Positions 19,269 to 29,521 are shown, counted from the stretch's first letter. The stretch: DNA of 32,000 nt from Methanocaldococcus jannaschii DSM 2661 (GCF_000091665.1 NC_000909.1:1434118-1466117), one strand, 5' to 3'. The notes: generated by a model from the sequence alone, not told the origin. Translations and numbers: made by a program.

Positions 19269-20198
19269 ATGGATTTGCAGAATGATATTATTGTGAGGGG
19301 AAAATCCTATGAGATGCCATTTTCAAAGGGTATTTTGGCAAGGTCTTTAACAGCCGCTGGATTAAAACCAAGTATTGCCTATAGAATAGCCTGGGATATA
19401 TACGAGATGTTAAAAAAGGAAAATATCAGAGTTATAGATAAGGCTGATTTGAGGAGGAGAGTTTATTATTACTTAATTTCAAAAAATTACGATGAAGTTG
19501 CTAAAAAATATCTACTATGGAGAATGGTTTTAGGAAGAAGACCGATAGTTATCTTAATTGGTGGAGCGAGTGGTGTTGGAACTTCAACTATTGCCTTTGA
19601 GATAGCTTCAAGATTGGGTATTCCAAGCGTTATTGGAACTGATTCTATAAGGGAAGTTATGAGAAAGGTTATATCAAGAGATTTAATCCCTACACTTTAC
19701 GAATCAAGTTATACAGCTTGGAAGGTTTTGAGAGATGATGAGGGCAATAAATACATTAAAGGGTTTGAGAGGCATTCTGAGGCAGTATTAACTGGAGTGG
19801 AAGGAGTTATAGATAGATGCTTAGTTGAGGGGCAGAGTGTAATTATCGAAGGAACTCACTTAGTCCCAACACTTTTAAAAGATAAATATTTAGAAAATTC
19901 CCATGTAGTTTTTATTATGCTAACAATCTACAATGAAGAGTTGCATAAAATGAGATTCTACGCAAGGGGAAGAGTTTCAAGCAGACCTACTGAGAGGTAT
20001 TTAAAATACTTTAAAATCATTAGAATGATAAACGATTACATGGTTGAAACTGCAAAAAAGAAGGGAATTCCAGTGGTTGAGAATATAAAGATTAGTGAGA
20101 CTGTTGATAAATGTTTGAATATAATTACCGAAAGATTGAAAACGATGATTGAGTTAGAAGGGCTGAGTGAGGAAGATATGTTAGAAGAGGGATTATAG
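19269..20198 (+). CDS. 2-phosphoglycerate kinase
   Basis: 309 aa. P-loop [10 protein letters not shown]. Overall similarity to the archaeal 2PGK family as I recall it. Confidence 0.8.
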   Translation: MDLQNDIIVRGKSYEMPFSKGILARSLTAAGLKPSIAYRIAWDIYEMLKKENIRVIDKADLRRRVYYYLISKNYDEVAKKYLLWRMVLGRRPIVILIGGASGVGTSTIAFEIASRLGIPSVIGTDSIREVMRKVISRDLIPTLYESSYTAWKVLRDDEGNKYIKGFERHSEAVLTGVEGVIDRCLVEGQSVIIEGTHLVPTLLKDKYLENSHVVFIMLTIYNEELHKMRFYARGRVSSRPTERYLKYFKIIRMINDYMVETAKKKGIPVVENIKISETVDKCLNIITERLKTMIELEGLSEEDMLEEGL

Positions 20199-20214
20199 GC
20201 TGGAGTTGATTAAT

Positions 20215-20664
20215 ATGGACAAAACTCTTTCGGTTATTGTTTTTTTGATTTCTTTAATTATAATTTTTGGAATCTACTTTAGCTCATCAAATTTTAGTTT
20301 TAAAAAGGTAGAGATAAACAAAAGCACAATAAATGACTTTGGAGATGAAAATATATTAACTTTTGTTCCAGAAGTTTGTGATAGATTCTATTATGAAAAA
20401 GACGGATTTGATTGGGAACGGAACATCAACAATATAGAAACTGTTATAATAGGTAGTGATGCAGTAGTAATAGAAAAAGGAGATTTCAATGAAACAGAAA
20501 TCTTAAAAGAACTTATAGAAAATGGCTACTCTGTTGAAAGTTGTAGGGGCGTTTATTATTACAAAAATGAAAAAGCACTCTCTGACAGATATATTATTGT
20601 TGGAAATAACTTAATAATTAAAGCGAATGATATTTCTGGGATTAGATGGAGATATTTACAATAA
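20215..20664 (+). CDS. Hypothetical membrane-anchored protein
   Basis: ATG at 20215; the ORF track starts at a TTG at 20206. N-terminal TM helix LSVIVFLISLIIIFGIYF. No recognisable domain. Confidence 0.6.
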   Translation: MDKTLSVIVFLISLIIIFGIYFSSSNFSFKKVEINKSTINDFGDENILTFVPEVCDRFYYEKDGFDWERNINNIETVIIGSDAVVIEKGDFNETEILKELIENGYSVESCRGVYYYKNEKALSDRYIIVGNNLIIKANDISGIRWRYLQ

Positions 20665-21098
20665 AATATAATGCATCCTTATTTTCCAATAAAACCTTGA
20701 GAGATAAGGTTTATAAAATACTTAAGGAGAATACAAAGAGTTATTATGAGTCCAATAGCAACGGATTTTTTAGAATAGGGGGAATTTCACGTGTTGATTA
20801 TATTAATAACAACAGCATATATTTTAAAGGAGAGTGCAAAAAATATTTTGGTAAAAATGAAGTAATTATAACCAATTTTTGGATATTTAAAAATGAAAGT
20901 TTAGCAGATAAGTTTTATAACAAAATGCTCAAAGAATATGGAAACAAATCTTACATTGATAAAAATCCAAAGCTTAAATATTATAATATGTCTGAGATAA
21001 TAAACTATTCGGTAGAAATGTATGATAAGGATGTTGTTTTAATTAAGGAGCATACAAAAGATATTAAACTTTTCGAGGTAAATGTTTCTATGGGTTAG
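20646..21098 (+). CDS. Hypothetical protein
   Basis: 150-aa ORF overlapping the upstream gene by 19 nt in another frame. No signal peptide or domain recognised. Confidence 0.55.
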   Translation: MEIFTIKYNASLFSNKTLRDKVYKILKENTKSYYESNSNGFFRIGGISRVDYINNNSIYFKGECKKYFGKNEVIITNFWIFKNESLADKFYNKMLKEYGNKSYIDKNPKLKYYNMSEIINYSVEMYDKDVVLIKEHTKDIKLFEVNVSMG

Positions 21099-21104
21099 AG
21101 AATT

Positions 21105-22529
21105 ATGGGAATCTGTAGATTAACAAAAAAAGACATTGAAGGAATTTTACATATTTTAGGGGGGATTATACAAATTATTGGAATATTTACATTAGTTCCA
21201 TGTATAGTGTCAGTTTATTACAATGAAAACACCTTTTTAAATTTTTTAATTCCAGGTTTATTTTTTTCTATTTTTGGATTTGTTTTAAAGAGAGCTACTA
21301 AACCAAAAAATTTAAAACTACATCATACCATGGTTGCCTCTGCATTGGCTTGGCTTATAGCTTCATTTATAGGGGCCATTCCTTTATATTTATCTATAGA
21401 TTATTTTTCTTATGTTGATGCAGTTTATGAAAGCATGTCTGCCTGGACAACAACTGGAATGACTCTTATTCCTAATGTTGAGGTTTTACCAAAATCTATT
21501 TTATTTTGGAGGAGTTTTCAGCAGTGGATTGGTGGAGTTGGAATATTGGTTTTATCAGCTCTTGTCTTAGCAAGGTCTGGAACTGTTGCTTATCTTTTAT
21601 ATACATCTGAGGCGAGACAAGAGAGGATAATGCCAAGTGCTATAGGAACAATAAAAACTATTATCTGGATTTATATTTTATACACTATTTTAGGGGTTCT
21701 TTTGTTATATTTATCTGGATTAAGTTTTTGGGATGCTTTAAATTTAACCATGACTGGAATATCTACTGGAGGAATGAGTATAAGCAATTATAGCTTTCCA
21801 TACAACGATTTTGCAAAAATTGTTATGATTGGCATAATGATGGTTGGAGGAGTTATGTCATTTTCAATACATCACAAATTACTAACGGGCAAGTATTTTA
21901 ATGACATTCAAACAAAGTATGCATTAATTGTTACTGCCTTTATTTCAATTATCATCTCAATAAAGGATAAAGTTCCAATAATAGATTCTCTCTTTACAGT
22001 AGTTTCAGCAATGACATCAACTGGATTCACAACTATAAATGTAGGTAATCTCTCATCCTTATCCCTATTTTTGATAATTTTTTTAATGCTAATTGGTGGA
22101 GGGGCAGGGACAACAACTGGAGGGGTTAAGATAATTAGATTTTTAGTTATACTGAAGGCACTTTTATATGAAATAAAAGAAATTATTTATCCAAAATCAG
22201 CAGTGATTCATGAACATCTTGATGATATGGACTTAAATTATAGAATAATTAGGGAAGCATTTGTTGTATTCTTTTTATACTGTTTATCTTCGTTCTTAAC
22301 AGCTTTAATATTTATAGCTTTAGGTTATAACCCTTACGATTCAATATTTGATGCTGTTTCTTTTACCTCAAATATAGGCATATCTTTAGGGGTAGTTACT
22401 TTAAAAACTCCAGTAATTGGAAAAATAGCTGGAATTATAGCAATGTGGATTGGTAGATTGGAAATTATCCCAGTGCTTGTTTTATTTGCTACTTTGTATT
22501 TTAAAACTCTGAGACTTTTAAAAAAATAA
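21105..22529 (+). CDS. trkH: TrkH/KtrB-family potassium uptake membrane protein
   Basis: 474 aa, polytopic. Repeated pore-loop signatures: WTTTGMT, GISTGGMS, MTSTGFTT and GGGAGTTTGGVK. Confidence 0.9.
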   Translation: MGICRLTKKDIEGILHILGGIIQIIGIFTLVPCIVSVYYNENTFLNFLIPGLFFSIFGFVLKRATKPKNLKLHHTMVASALAWLIASFIGAIPLYLSIDYFSYVDAVYESMSAWTTTGMTLIPNVEVLPKSILFWRSFQQWIGGVGILVLSALVLARSGTVAYLLYTSEARQERIMPSAIGTIKTIIWIYILYTILGVLLLYLSGLSFWDALNLTMTGISTGGMSISNYSFPYNDFAKIVMIGIMMVGGVMSFSIHHKLLTGKYFNDIQTKYALIVTAFISIIISIKDKVPIIDSLFTVVSAMTSTGFTTINVGNLSSLSLFLIIFLMLIGGGAGTTTGGVKIIRFLVILKALLYEIKEIIYPKSAVIHEHLDDMDLNYRIIREAFVVFFLYCLSSFLTALIFIALGYNPYDSIFDAVSFTSNIGISLGVVTLKTPVIGKIAGIIAMWIGRLEIIPVLVLFATLYFKTLRLLKK

Positions 22530-22597
22530 ACTAAATGTTTAAGTCTAAATCTTCAAAAGATTTTTATTTTATATATGAATAGCTGACAAAACTGCTA

Positions 22598-23218
22598 ATC
22601 TCCATTCCGAAACGGTCTTATTTTAATAATAAATGACGTTGCAGTTGCATACAAGTTTTTAGTTAAATTATATTTCCATTCCGAAACGGTCTTATTTTAA
22701 TTATTTTAATTTTAATAAAATTTTTACAGATAAAAATGGAGGAGATAAGTTTCCATCCTCCAAGAGGTCTGATTTTAACTAAAGATGCACAAGGTTATCA
22801 ATTAGTAATAGTAAATGAAGATACTTCGTTTCCATCCTCCAAGAGGTCTGATTTTAACAAATGAATTTAGTTATGATTATCATAGCAGATTGTTTAACGT
22901 TTCCATCCTCCAAGAGGTCTGATTTTAACCGTTTAATGCTTATATTGCCGTGAAAGGTAAGAGCGGGCAGATTTCCATCCTCCAAGAGGTCTGATTTTAA
23001 CATTATTCATAATAACACCAGATGAAGCTGAAAAATTGATAAAACAGATTTCCATCCTCCAAGAGGTCTGATTTTAACAAAAATTTATATACTACCAATA
23101 CACTTATAATATACTTGTATTTCCATCCTCCAAGAGGTCTGATTTTAACACGAATTATTTAACAAAATATTTAGTAAAAGCATTTAAATTTCCATCCTCC
23201 AAGAGGTCTGATTTTAAC
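22598..23218 (-). CRISPR. CRISPR array, 9 repeats of two families; no cas genes in the window
   Basis: Two 30-bp repeats begin at 22598 (atctccat...) and 22672 (atttccat...) and share the remainder tccgaaacggtcttattttaat. Seven 31-bp repeats ([ag]tttccatcctccaagaggtctgattttaac) begin at 22749, 22828, 22899, 22971, 23048, 23119 and 23188. Spacers are 38-48 bp and all different. Minus-strand orientation is inferred from the ...GGATGGAAA[C/T] 3' end and the leader position. Confidence 0.93.
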
Positions 23219-23602
23219 AGGGCAATCATTCACAACATAATATATTTCATCACTCTTAATATTTAAGCTTTTCTATACCATATTTTTCTAAGGATAAATA
23301 ACCATCTTACAATATAAACCTTTTAGTATTTAAAATTTTATCTCTTTACTAAAACTAAGCATTTTTATCTCCTTAAATTCAAAAATTTAACTTATTAGTT
23401 AGAGAAATCTTATTTACTTACCTAATTAATCTCAATTTTTAAAAATCTAAATAATTTAATAAACTCAAATATTCTAAATAATCAAACCAGCAAACCCTTA
23501 GAAATTAAATAAAAAATTCTCAAATGAAGAAATAGATTTTATAAGCTAATTAAACATAGATTTAAATTTTTTCAACAAGACAAATATTATCTAAATATCC
23601 AA
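23219..23602 (-). promoter_or_regulatory. Putative CRISPR leader (AT-rich non-coding)
   Basis: About 384 bp without an ORF, abutting the homogeneous end of the array. The divergent repeats lie at the opposite end. This fits the long-repeat/short-repeat organisation described for M. jannaschii. Confidence 0.5.
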
Positions 23603-24784
23603 TCATTCAATTCTAACTGCATGAGCACATTTTTCAGCCAATTCCCTTGCCTTCTCTACAGAATCGGCATAAGCTAAAGCAACTCCCATTCTTCTACCAA
23701 CCTTTGCATTTGGCTTTCCAAACAATCTCAACTTAGTATTTGGAACTTTTAAAGCATCCTCTATATGATACTTTGGAGCATATTTATTTATCTCTGCCTT
23801 TATTACATGGCTTGCCCCTGGGTGAATAAGTTTTGTTGATACTGGCAAACCTAAAATAGCCCTAACATGAATTTCAAACTCACTCATTTCTTGAGTTATC
23901 ATTGTAACCATTCCTGTATCATGAGGTCTTGGTGAAACTTCACTAAATATAACCTCATCCCCTTTAACAAACAACTCAACACCAAAGATTCCATAACCAC
24001 CTAAAGCATCGGTAACCTTCTTAGCTATATCTTGAGCTTGTTCTTTTAATTCAGCAGACATATTATGAGGTTGCCAGCTTTCATGATAATCTCCATCTAT
24101 TTGGACATGACCTATTGGCTCACAAAACTTAGTTCCTTCAGCAGTTCTTGCGGTTAATAAGGTTATCTCATAATCAAAGTTTATAAATTCTTCAACAATA
24201 ACCCTATTTCCTATTCCTCTTGCTCCTTCTTTAGCTATCTTCCAAGCTTTCTCTATATCCTCTTCACTTCTAACTACACTCTGCCCCTTTCCAGATGAAG
24301 ACATAATTGGCTTAACTACACAAGGCAAGCCAAGTTTTTCTACGGCATCTCTCAACTCTTCTAAAGAATCTGCAAATTCATACTTAGCAGTTTTTAATCC
24401 TAATTTTTCAGCTGCCAATCTTCTTATTAACTCCCTATTCATAGTTATCTTTGTAGCTTCAGCTGTAGGAATAACAGTATAACCCATTTTTTCAGCATCT
24501 ATTAATGCATCTGTATTTATTGCTTCAATTTCAGGAACAATATAATCTGGCTCTTCCCTCTCAATAATTGCCATCAATGCATCGTAATCTTTCATATCAA
24601 TAACATAGCTCTTGTGAGCAACCTGCATAGCTGGGGCGTTTTGATACCTATCAACAGCTATACACTCAATTCCCAATCTCTGAGCTTCAATAACAACTTC
24701 TTTCCCTAACTCTCCACTTCCTAACAACAAAAATTTTATACTTCCTTTCAAAAGAGGTGTCCCAATTGCCATAAATTTCACCAA
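23603..24784 (-). CDS. purT: Formate-dependent phosphoribosylglycinamide formyltransferase (GAR transformylase 2, ATP-grasp)
   Basis: 393 aa. N-terminus [15 protein letters not shown]-grasp core [16 protein letters not shown] and EEFI.FD.E. An alternative start exists at Met5. Confidence 0.92.
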   Translation of the reverse strand: MVKFMAIGTPLLKGSIKFLLLGSGELGKEVVIEAQRLGIECIAVDRYQNAPAMQVAHKSYVIDMKDYDALMAIIEREEPDYIVPEIEAINTDALIDAEKMGYTVIPTAEATKITMNRELIRRLAAEKLGLKTAKYEFADSLEELRDAVEKLGLPCVVKPIMSSSGKGQSVVRSEEDIEKAWKIAKEGARGIGNRVIVEEFINFDYEITLLTARTAEGTKFCEPIGHVQIDGDYHESWQPHNMSAELKEQAQDIAKKVTDALGGYGIFGVELFVKGDEVIFSEVSPRPHDTGMVTMITQEMSEFEIHVRAILGLPVSTKLIHPGASHVIKAEINKYAPKYHIEDALKVPNTKLRLFGKPNAKVGRRMGVALAYADSVEKARELAEKCAHAVRIE

Positions 24785-24893
24785 AAAATTTTTAGCATTA
24801 AAATTTTATTCTATACTTTAGCTTTTAAAGGAATCATTAATATAGTTTTTTGTTAATTATCTCATTTGAGATAAATATTGTTTAGGGAGCAAT

Positions 24894-26174
24894 ATGGAAG
24901 AAAACACCGCTTTGGTAGTTTATTATACAAAACTACATAAAAACAGTTTCAATGCATTGATTGGAGCTTTAGAGATTGATGAATATTTTGATAACCTCCC
25001 AATATATTTTGCCAATAAAAAAGATATTTTTAATTTAAAGGAAGTTTTAAAAAAATATGACAAGGTTGTTATTGCCATATCTTTCTTTACAACTGAACTC
25101 TGGAAAACTTATGAATTAATTAATGAATTAAAAGCTAAATATCAAAGTTATAGGAATAAAATTATTTATTTAGCTGGAGGACCTCATCCAACAGGTGACC
25201 CAAAAGGAACGTTAAAATTGGGATTTGATGTTGTTTGCATTGGAGAGGGAGAAGAGACGTTTCCAGAATTTATAAAGGCGGTTAATGAAGATGAGGATTA
25301 TAAAAAAGTTAAAGGTATTGCCTATTTAAATGATAATGAATTTATTTACACTGGAAGAAGAAAACCTGTTGATTTAAATAAGTATCCACCATTTCCTGTA
25401 AAGCATAATAAATTTGGACATATAGAGATAACGAGAGGTTGTCCTTACAAATGCTATTTCTGTCAAACACCAAGAATCTTTGGAAAAAAGATAAGGCATA
25501 GGGATGTTGAAAATATATATAAATATGTTGAAATAATGGCTGAAAGGAATTTGAAAGATATAAGGTTTATAACTCCAAATGCCTTTGGCTATGGTTCTAA
25601 AGACGGAAAAACATTAAATATTGATAAAATTGAAAAACTATTAGAAAGTATTAGAGAAATTTTAGGTAATAATGGAAGGATATTTTTTGGAACATTTCCC
25701 TCTGAAGTTAGACCAGAGCATGTGAATATTGAGACGGTAGATTTAATTTTAAGATATGCTGATAATAAGAATTTAGTTATTGGTGCTCAATCTGGTAGTG
25801 AAAAAGTATTAGAACTATGCCATAGGGGACATACGGTTGAAGATGTCTATAACGCTGTAAGAGTAGCGAGAAAAGCTGGACTTGGAGTAGATGTAGATTT
25901 TATTTTTGGTTTGCCTGGAGAAACTGAGGAAGATGTAGAAAAGACAATAAAGGTTATGAAGGATTTAATAAAAATGGGTGCTAAAATACATGCTCATACT
26001 TTTATGCCTTTACCACAAACACCCTTTGCTAAGGCAAATCCTGGGAAAGTTGATAAAAAGATAATAAGAGCTATGAGGTATGAGATTCCTAAGGGTATAT
26101 TTCACGGAACATGGCATAATCAGGAAATAATTGCTCAAAAGATATCAAAATATTTAAAAACTGGGAAATTATAA
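24894..26174 (+). CDS. Radical SAM protein with N-terminal B12-binding-like domain
   Basis: 426 aa. CxxxCxxC motif in [17 protein letters not shown]-terminal Rossmann-like GGPHPTGDP region. Confidence 0.88.
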
Positions 26175-26192
26175 ACAAATAAGGGAGATATT

Positions 26193-27374
26193 ATGAGAAT
26201 TGGTATTGTTGGAGCCGGATTAGGTGGATTATTAGCTGGAGCATTGTTATCTAAGAATCATGAAGTTGTTGTATTTGAAAAACTTCCATTCTTAGGAGGG
26301 AGATTTACAAACTTGAAGTATGAGGGCTTTCAACTAACAACAGGAGCTTTACACATGATACCACACGGAAATGATGGCTATTTAGCCCAAGCTTTAAGAA
26401 AGGCTGGAGCTAATGTAAAAATAATAAACTCAAAACCAGATGGAACATTTTTAATTAATGGGAAGGAGTATTTATATAAAGAGCTGTTTTCACTCTTAGG
26501 TTTTAAAGAAAAGGCAAAAGCATTTAAATTAGCTACAAAATTAAAGTTGGGAAAAGTTGATAAAAATATCTCATTTGGAGAGTTTTTAGAAGAGATTGAT
26601 TTAGCTTTAAAGGTTGGAAATGCATTTACTGGATGGGCTTTGAGTTTAACAGCTTATGAAACACCTATGAGTGAAATTATAGAGATAGCTAAAAACTACC
26701 ACAAATTTGGAGGACCTGGAATACCAATAGGTGGATGTAAGGCAGTTACTGATGAACTTTCGAGGATTATTAAAAAGAACAATGGAAAAATTATTAAGGA
26801 ATATGAAGTTAAAAGGATTGAGATTGATGAAAAAGCTTATATTGATGACTATGAATTCGATGTTGTTATAAGCAACATCTCTCCAATTGAAACCCAGAAA
26901 ATATGCAATATAAAATTTTTGAAATCAAAGCCAAAGCCATCTAAAGGAATAAAGATAAGCATAGCCACAAAAGAAGGAATTATAAAACATGGTGGTGTTC
27001 TCTTTACCCCAGAATGTGAGAGGATAAACGGCTTAAACCAAGTAACTAATGTAGATAAATCCTTAGCTCCTGAAGGATGGCATTTAGTTATGACTCATCA
27101 AACACAGCTAACCAACAATGTAAAAAAGGAAATTGATTTGGGATTAGAGGATATTGAAAACCTCTTTAAAGGAAAAGACTACAAAATATTGCATATTCAG
27201 TCATATAGGGATGATTGGCCTGTAAATCATGCATCTAATGGAACTGATATTGACAATATTGTTAATGATAGATTTTATTTAGTTGGAGATGGAGCTAAAG
27301 GAAGGGGTGGAATTGAGGTTGAAGGAATAGCCATGGGAGTTTTAAAGGTTGTTAATTATATAAATAGTTTATAA
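26193..27374 (+). CDS. FAD/NAD(P)-dependent oxidoreductase, phytoene-desaturase-like
   Basis: 393 aa. N-terminal dinucleotide fold IGIVGAGLGGLLAG...VVVFEK...GGR. C-terminal YLVGDGA motif. Confidence 0.85.
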   Translation: MRIGIVGAGLGGLLAGALLSKNHEVVVFEKLPFLGGRFTNLKYEGFQLTTGALHMIPHGNDGYLAQALRKAGANVKIINSKPDGTFLINGKEYLYKELFSLLGFKEKAKAFKLATKLKLGKVDKNISFGEFLEEIDLALKVGNAFTGWALSLTAYETPMSEIIEIAKNYHKFGGPGIPIGGCKAVTDELSRIIKKNNGKIIKEYEVKRIEIDEKAYIDDYEFDVVISNISPIETQKICNIKFLKSKPKPSKGIKISIATKEGIIKHGGVLFTPECERINGLNQVTNVDKSLAPEGWHLVMTHQTQLTNNVKKEIDLGLEDIENLFKGKDYKILHIQSYRDDWPVNHASNGTDIDNIVNDRFYLVGDGAKGRGGIEVEGIAMGVLKVVNYINSL

Positions 27375-27499
27375 TAAATGACAGAATAGATAAATAGAAC
27401 AACTACTAAATAATATAATTAAGATTAAAAGCAAAATTTCAACTATTTTTCGTTTTAAAATTTCTCTAAAATTTGATTTCTTCGTATGGGGATGTAGAT

Positions 27500-29521
27500 A
27501 TGGAATTGAGAGATGAAGACTTAATTTTAGAGGAAGTTAGGGATTATTTAACTGCCTATTTAAGAAATATTCATCAGGAAGATATTATCTTAGACAATGA
27601 AAGAGTTGTAGTTGATTTAAATCAACTCTACAATTACGGATTAATGGAATTTGTAGAATTTTTAATAAATAATCCACAAAAAGGGATTGATTTTATAAAA
27701 GAGTGCTACAACGATGCTTATTACACCTTAAGAAATGAATATCCAACAAACGTAATAATTGCTGTAAAAAATCTCCCAAAAATTTTTAAAACTACAAGAA
27801 AAGGGAAAATTTTCACAATAGAGGATATTAGGAGCAAAACTTTAGGAAAATTAGTTGAATTTGAAGGAATCATTGTTATGGCATCAAAAATAAGACCAAT
27901 GCTTAAAAAAGCTTATTATATATGTCCAAAATGTGGAAGAGAAGTTGTTAGAGAAATAGATATCTTAAACACTGACTCTGAAAAAGCTGTTTGTGAATGT
28001 GGAGCTGAGTTAAACCTAATTGAGCATAAATCAATATATACTGACTTCCAAGAGATTAAAGTTCAACAGCCATTGGATTTAATGGAAAATCCTGAAGAGC
28101 CGCCAAAATACATAACTGTGTTCTTAGAAAACAGTCCTGGAATATATGCTGGAAGGGTGAAGATAACTGGCATCCCAATAAAAGTTAAGAAGAGTAAAAA
28201 GCTACCAATCTATGACATACATGTTAAAGCCCTACACTGTGAGGTTTTGGATGGGGAAGTAAAAATTAAATTAACAAATTCAGATATTGAAAATATTAAA
28301 AAAATAGCTAAAAGAAAAGATGTTGTTAATATACTTGCAGATAGATTAATTCCAGAGATTAAGGGGCATTCTGCAATAAAGAAGGCTGTCTTACTACAAC
28401 AGATAAAGGGAGTTAAAAAACCTGGAAAGAGGGCTGATATTCATATATTATTAATCACAGACCCAGGAATTGGAAAAACAGTCATACTAAGAAAGATTGC
28501 TGAAATCCCAGGAAATTTATACGGTTCTGTTACTACCGCCACTGGTGTTGGGCTAACTGCCGCTGTTGTTAGGGAGAAGACAGAGATTGGTGAAGATACA
28601 TGGGTTATTAAGCCAGGTTTGTTAGTTAAAGCCCACAAAGGAACTGCATGTATAGATGAGCTAACTGTTAATAAAGAACTGCAGAGCTATGTTTTGGAGG
28701 CTATGGAGAGTCAGACAATCCATATTAGTAAAGGAGGAATAAATGCAAAACTTCCAGCTGAATGTGCAATTTTAGCCGCTTGCAATCCAAGATGGGGAAG
28801 ATTCAACCCAGAGGTTTCTGTAGCTGAGCAGATAAATATTCCAGCCCCATTATTGAGTAGATTTGACCTAATATTTCCAATTAGAGATGTTTCTGATAAG
28901 GATAAGGATAAAGATATCGCTGAATACATTGTAGATTTGCATAGAGCATATTTAGATGAGAAAATAAACAGGGAGATGGGTTTAGATTACCTTGAGGTTG
29001 ATGGAGTTAAAATAGACAAGGAATTTATAATAAAATATATCTACTACGCAAGACAGAAAAAGCCGATAATTAGTGAAAAGGCTAAGGAATTATTTGTTAA
29101 TTATTATGTAGAGATGAGAAAAAAACATCAGATAACTGCAAGGCAGTTAGAGGCTGCTATAAGGATTGCTGAAGCTCATGCAAAGGCAAAGTTAAAGGAT
29201 GTTGTTGATGAGGAAGATGCAAAGGAGGCAATAAATATAATAACTGAATGCTTAAAAGAAATTGCCTATGACCCAGAGACTGGAATATTTGATGTTGATA
29301 AAATTTTAGGGGTGTCTAAGAAAGAGAGAGACAAATTAACAACCGTCTATGAGATAATTAAGGAGTTATCTGAAAAATCAGAACTTGTTGAACATGAAGA
29401 TATAGCTGAAGAAGCAAAAAAGAAAGGTATTAAAGAGGATGAGTTGGAAAATATTATTAAAAAATTAATTAAATATGGAGATATAGATGAACCAAAACCA
29501 GGGAGGTATAGATTGTTATAA
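27500..29521 (+). CDS. mcm: MCM replicative helicase homolog
   Basis: The ATG at 27500 has ggggat upstream; the ORF track starts at a TTG at 27473. Zn motif CPKCGR...CECGA. Walker A TDPGIGKT. Walker B CIDELT. AACNP sensor 1. SRFDL arginine finger. ARQLEAAIRIAEAHAK sensor 2. C-terminal winged-helix-like tail. Confidence 0.92.
   Translation: MELRDEDLILEEVRDYLTAYLRNIHQEDIILDNERVVVDLNQLYNYGLMEFVEFLINNPQKGIDFIKECYNDAYYTLRNEYPTNVIIAVKNLPKIFKTTRKGKIFTIEDIRSKTLGKLVEFEGIIVMASKIRPMLKKAYYICPKCGREVVREIDILNTDSEKAVCECGAELNLIEHKSIYTDFQEIKVQQPLDLMENPEEPPKYITVFLENSPGIYAGRVKITGIPIKVKKSKKLPIYDIHVKALHCEVLDGEVKIKLTNSDIENIKKIAKRKDVVNILADRLIPEIKGHSAIKKAVLLQQIKGVKKPGKRADIHILLITDPGIGKTVILRKIAEIPGNLYGSVTTATGVGLTAAVVREKTEIGEDTWVIKPGLLVKAHKGTACIDELTVNKELQSYVLEAMESQTIHISKGGINAKLPAECAILAACNPRWGRFNPEVSVAEQINIPAPLLSRFDLIFPIRDVSDKDKDKDIAEYIVDLHRAYLDEKINREMGLDYLEVDGVKIDKEFIIKYIYYARQKKPIISEKAKELFVNYYVEMRKKHQITARQLEAAIRIAEAHAKAKLKDVVDEEDAKEAINIITECLKEIAYDPETGIFDVDKILGVSKKERDKLTTVYEIIKELSEKSELVEHEDIAEEAKKKGIKEDELENIIKKLIKYGDIDEPKPGRYRLL

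Noticed and set aside
22702-22748. 47-bp very AT-rich unit between the two repeat families as a degenerate extra repeat or internal leader
   Set aside because: I could not align it to either repeat type. Its length is within the 38-48 bp spacer range of this array, so it is treated as a spacer, though an internal promoter cannot be excluded.
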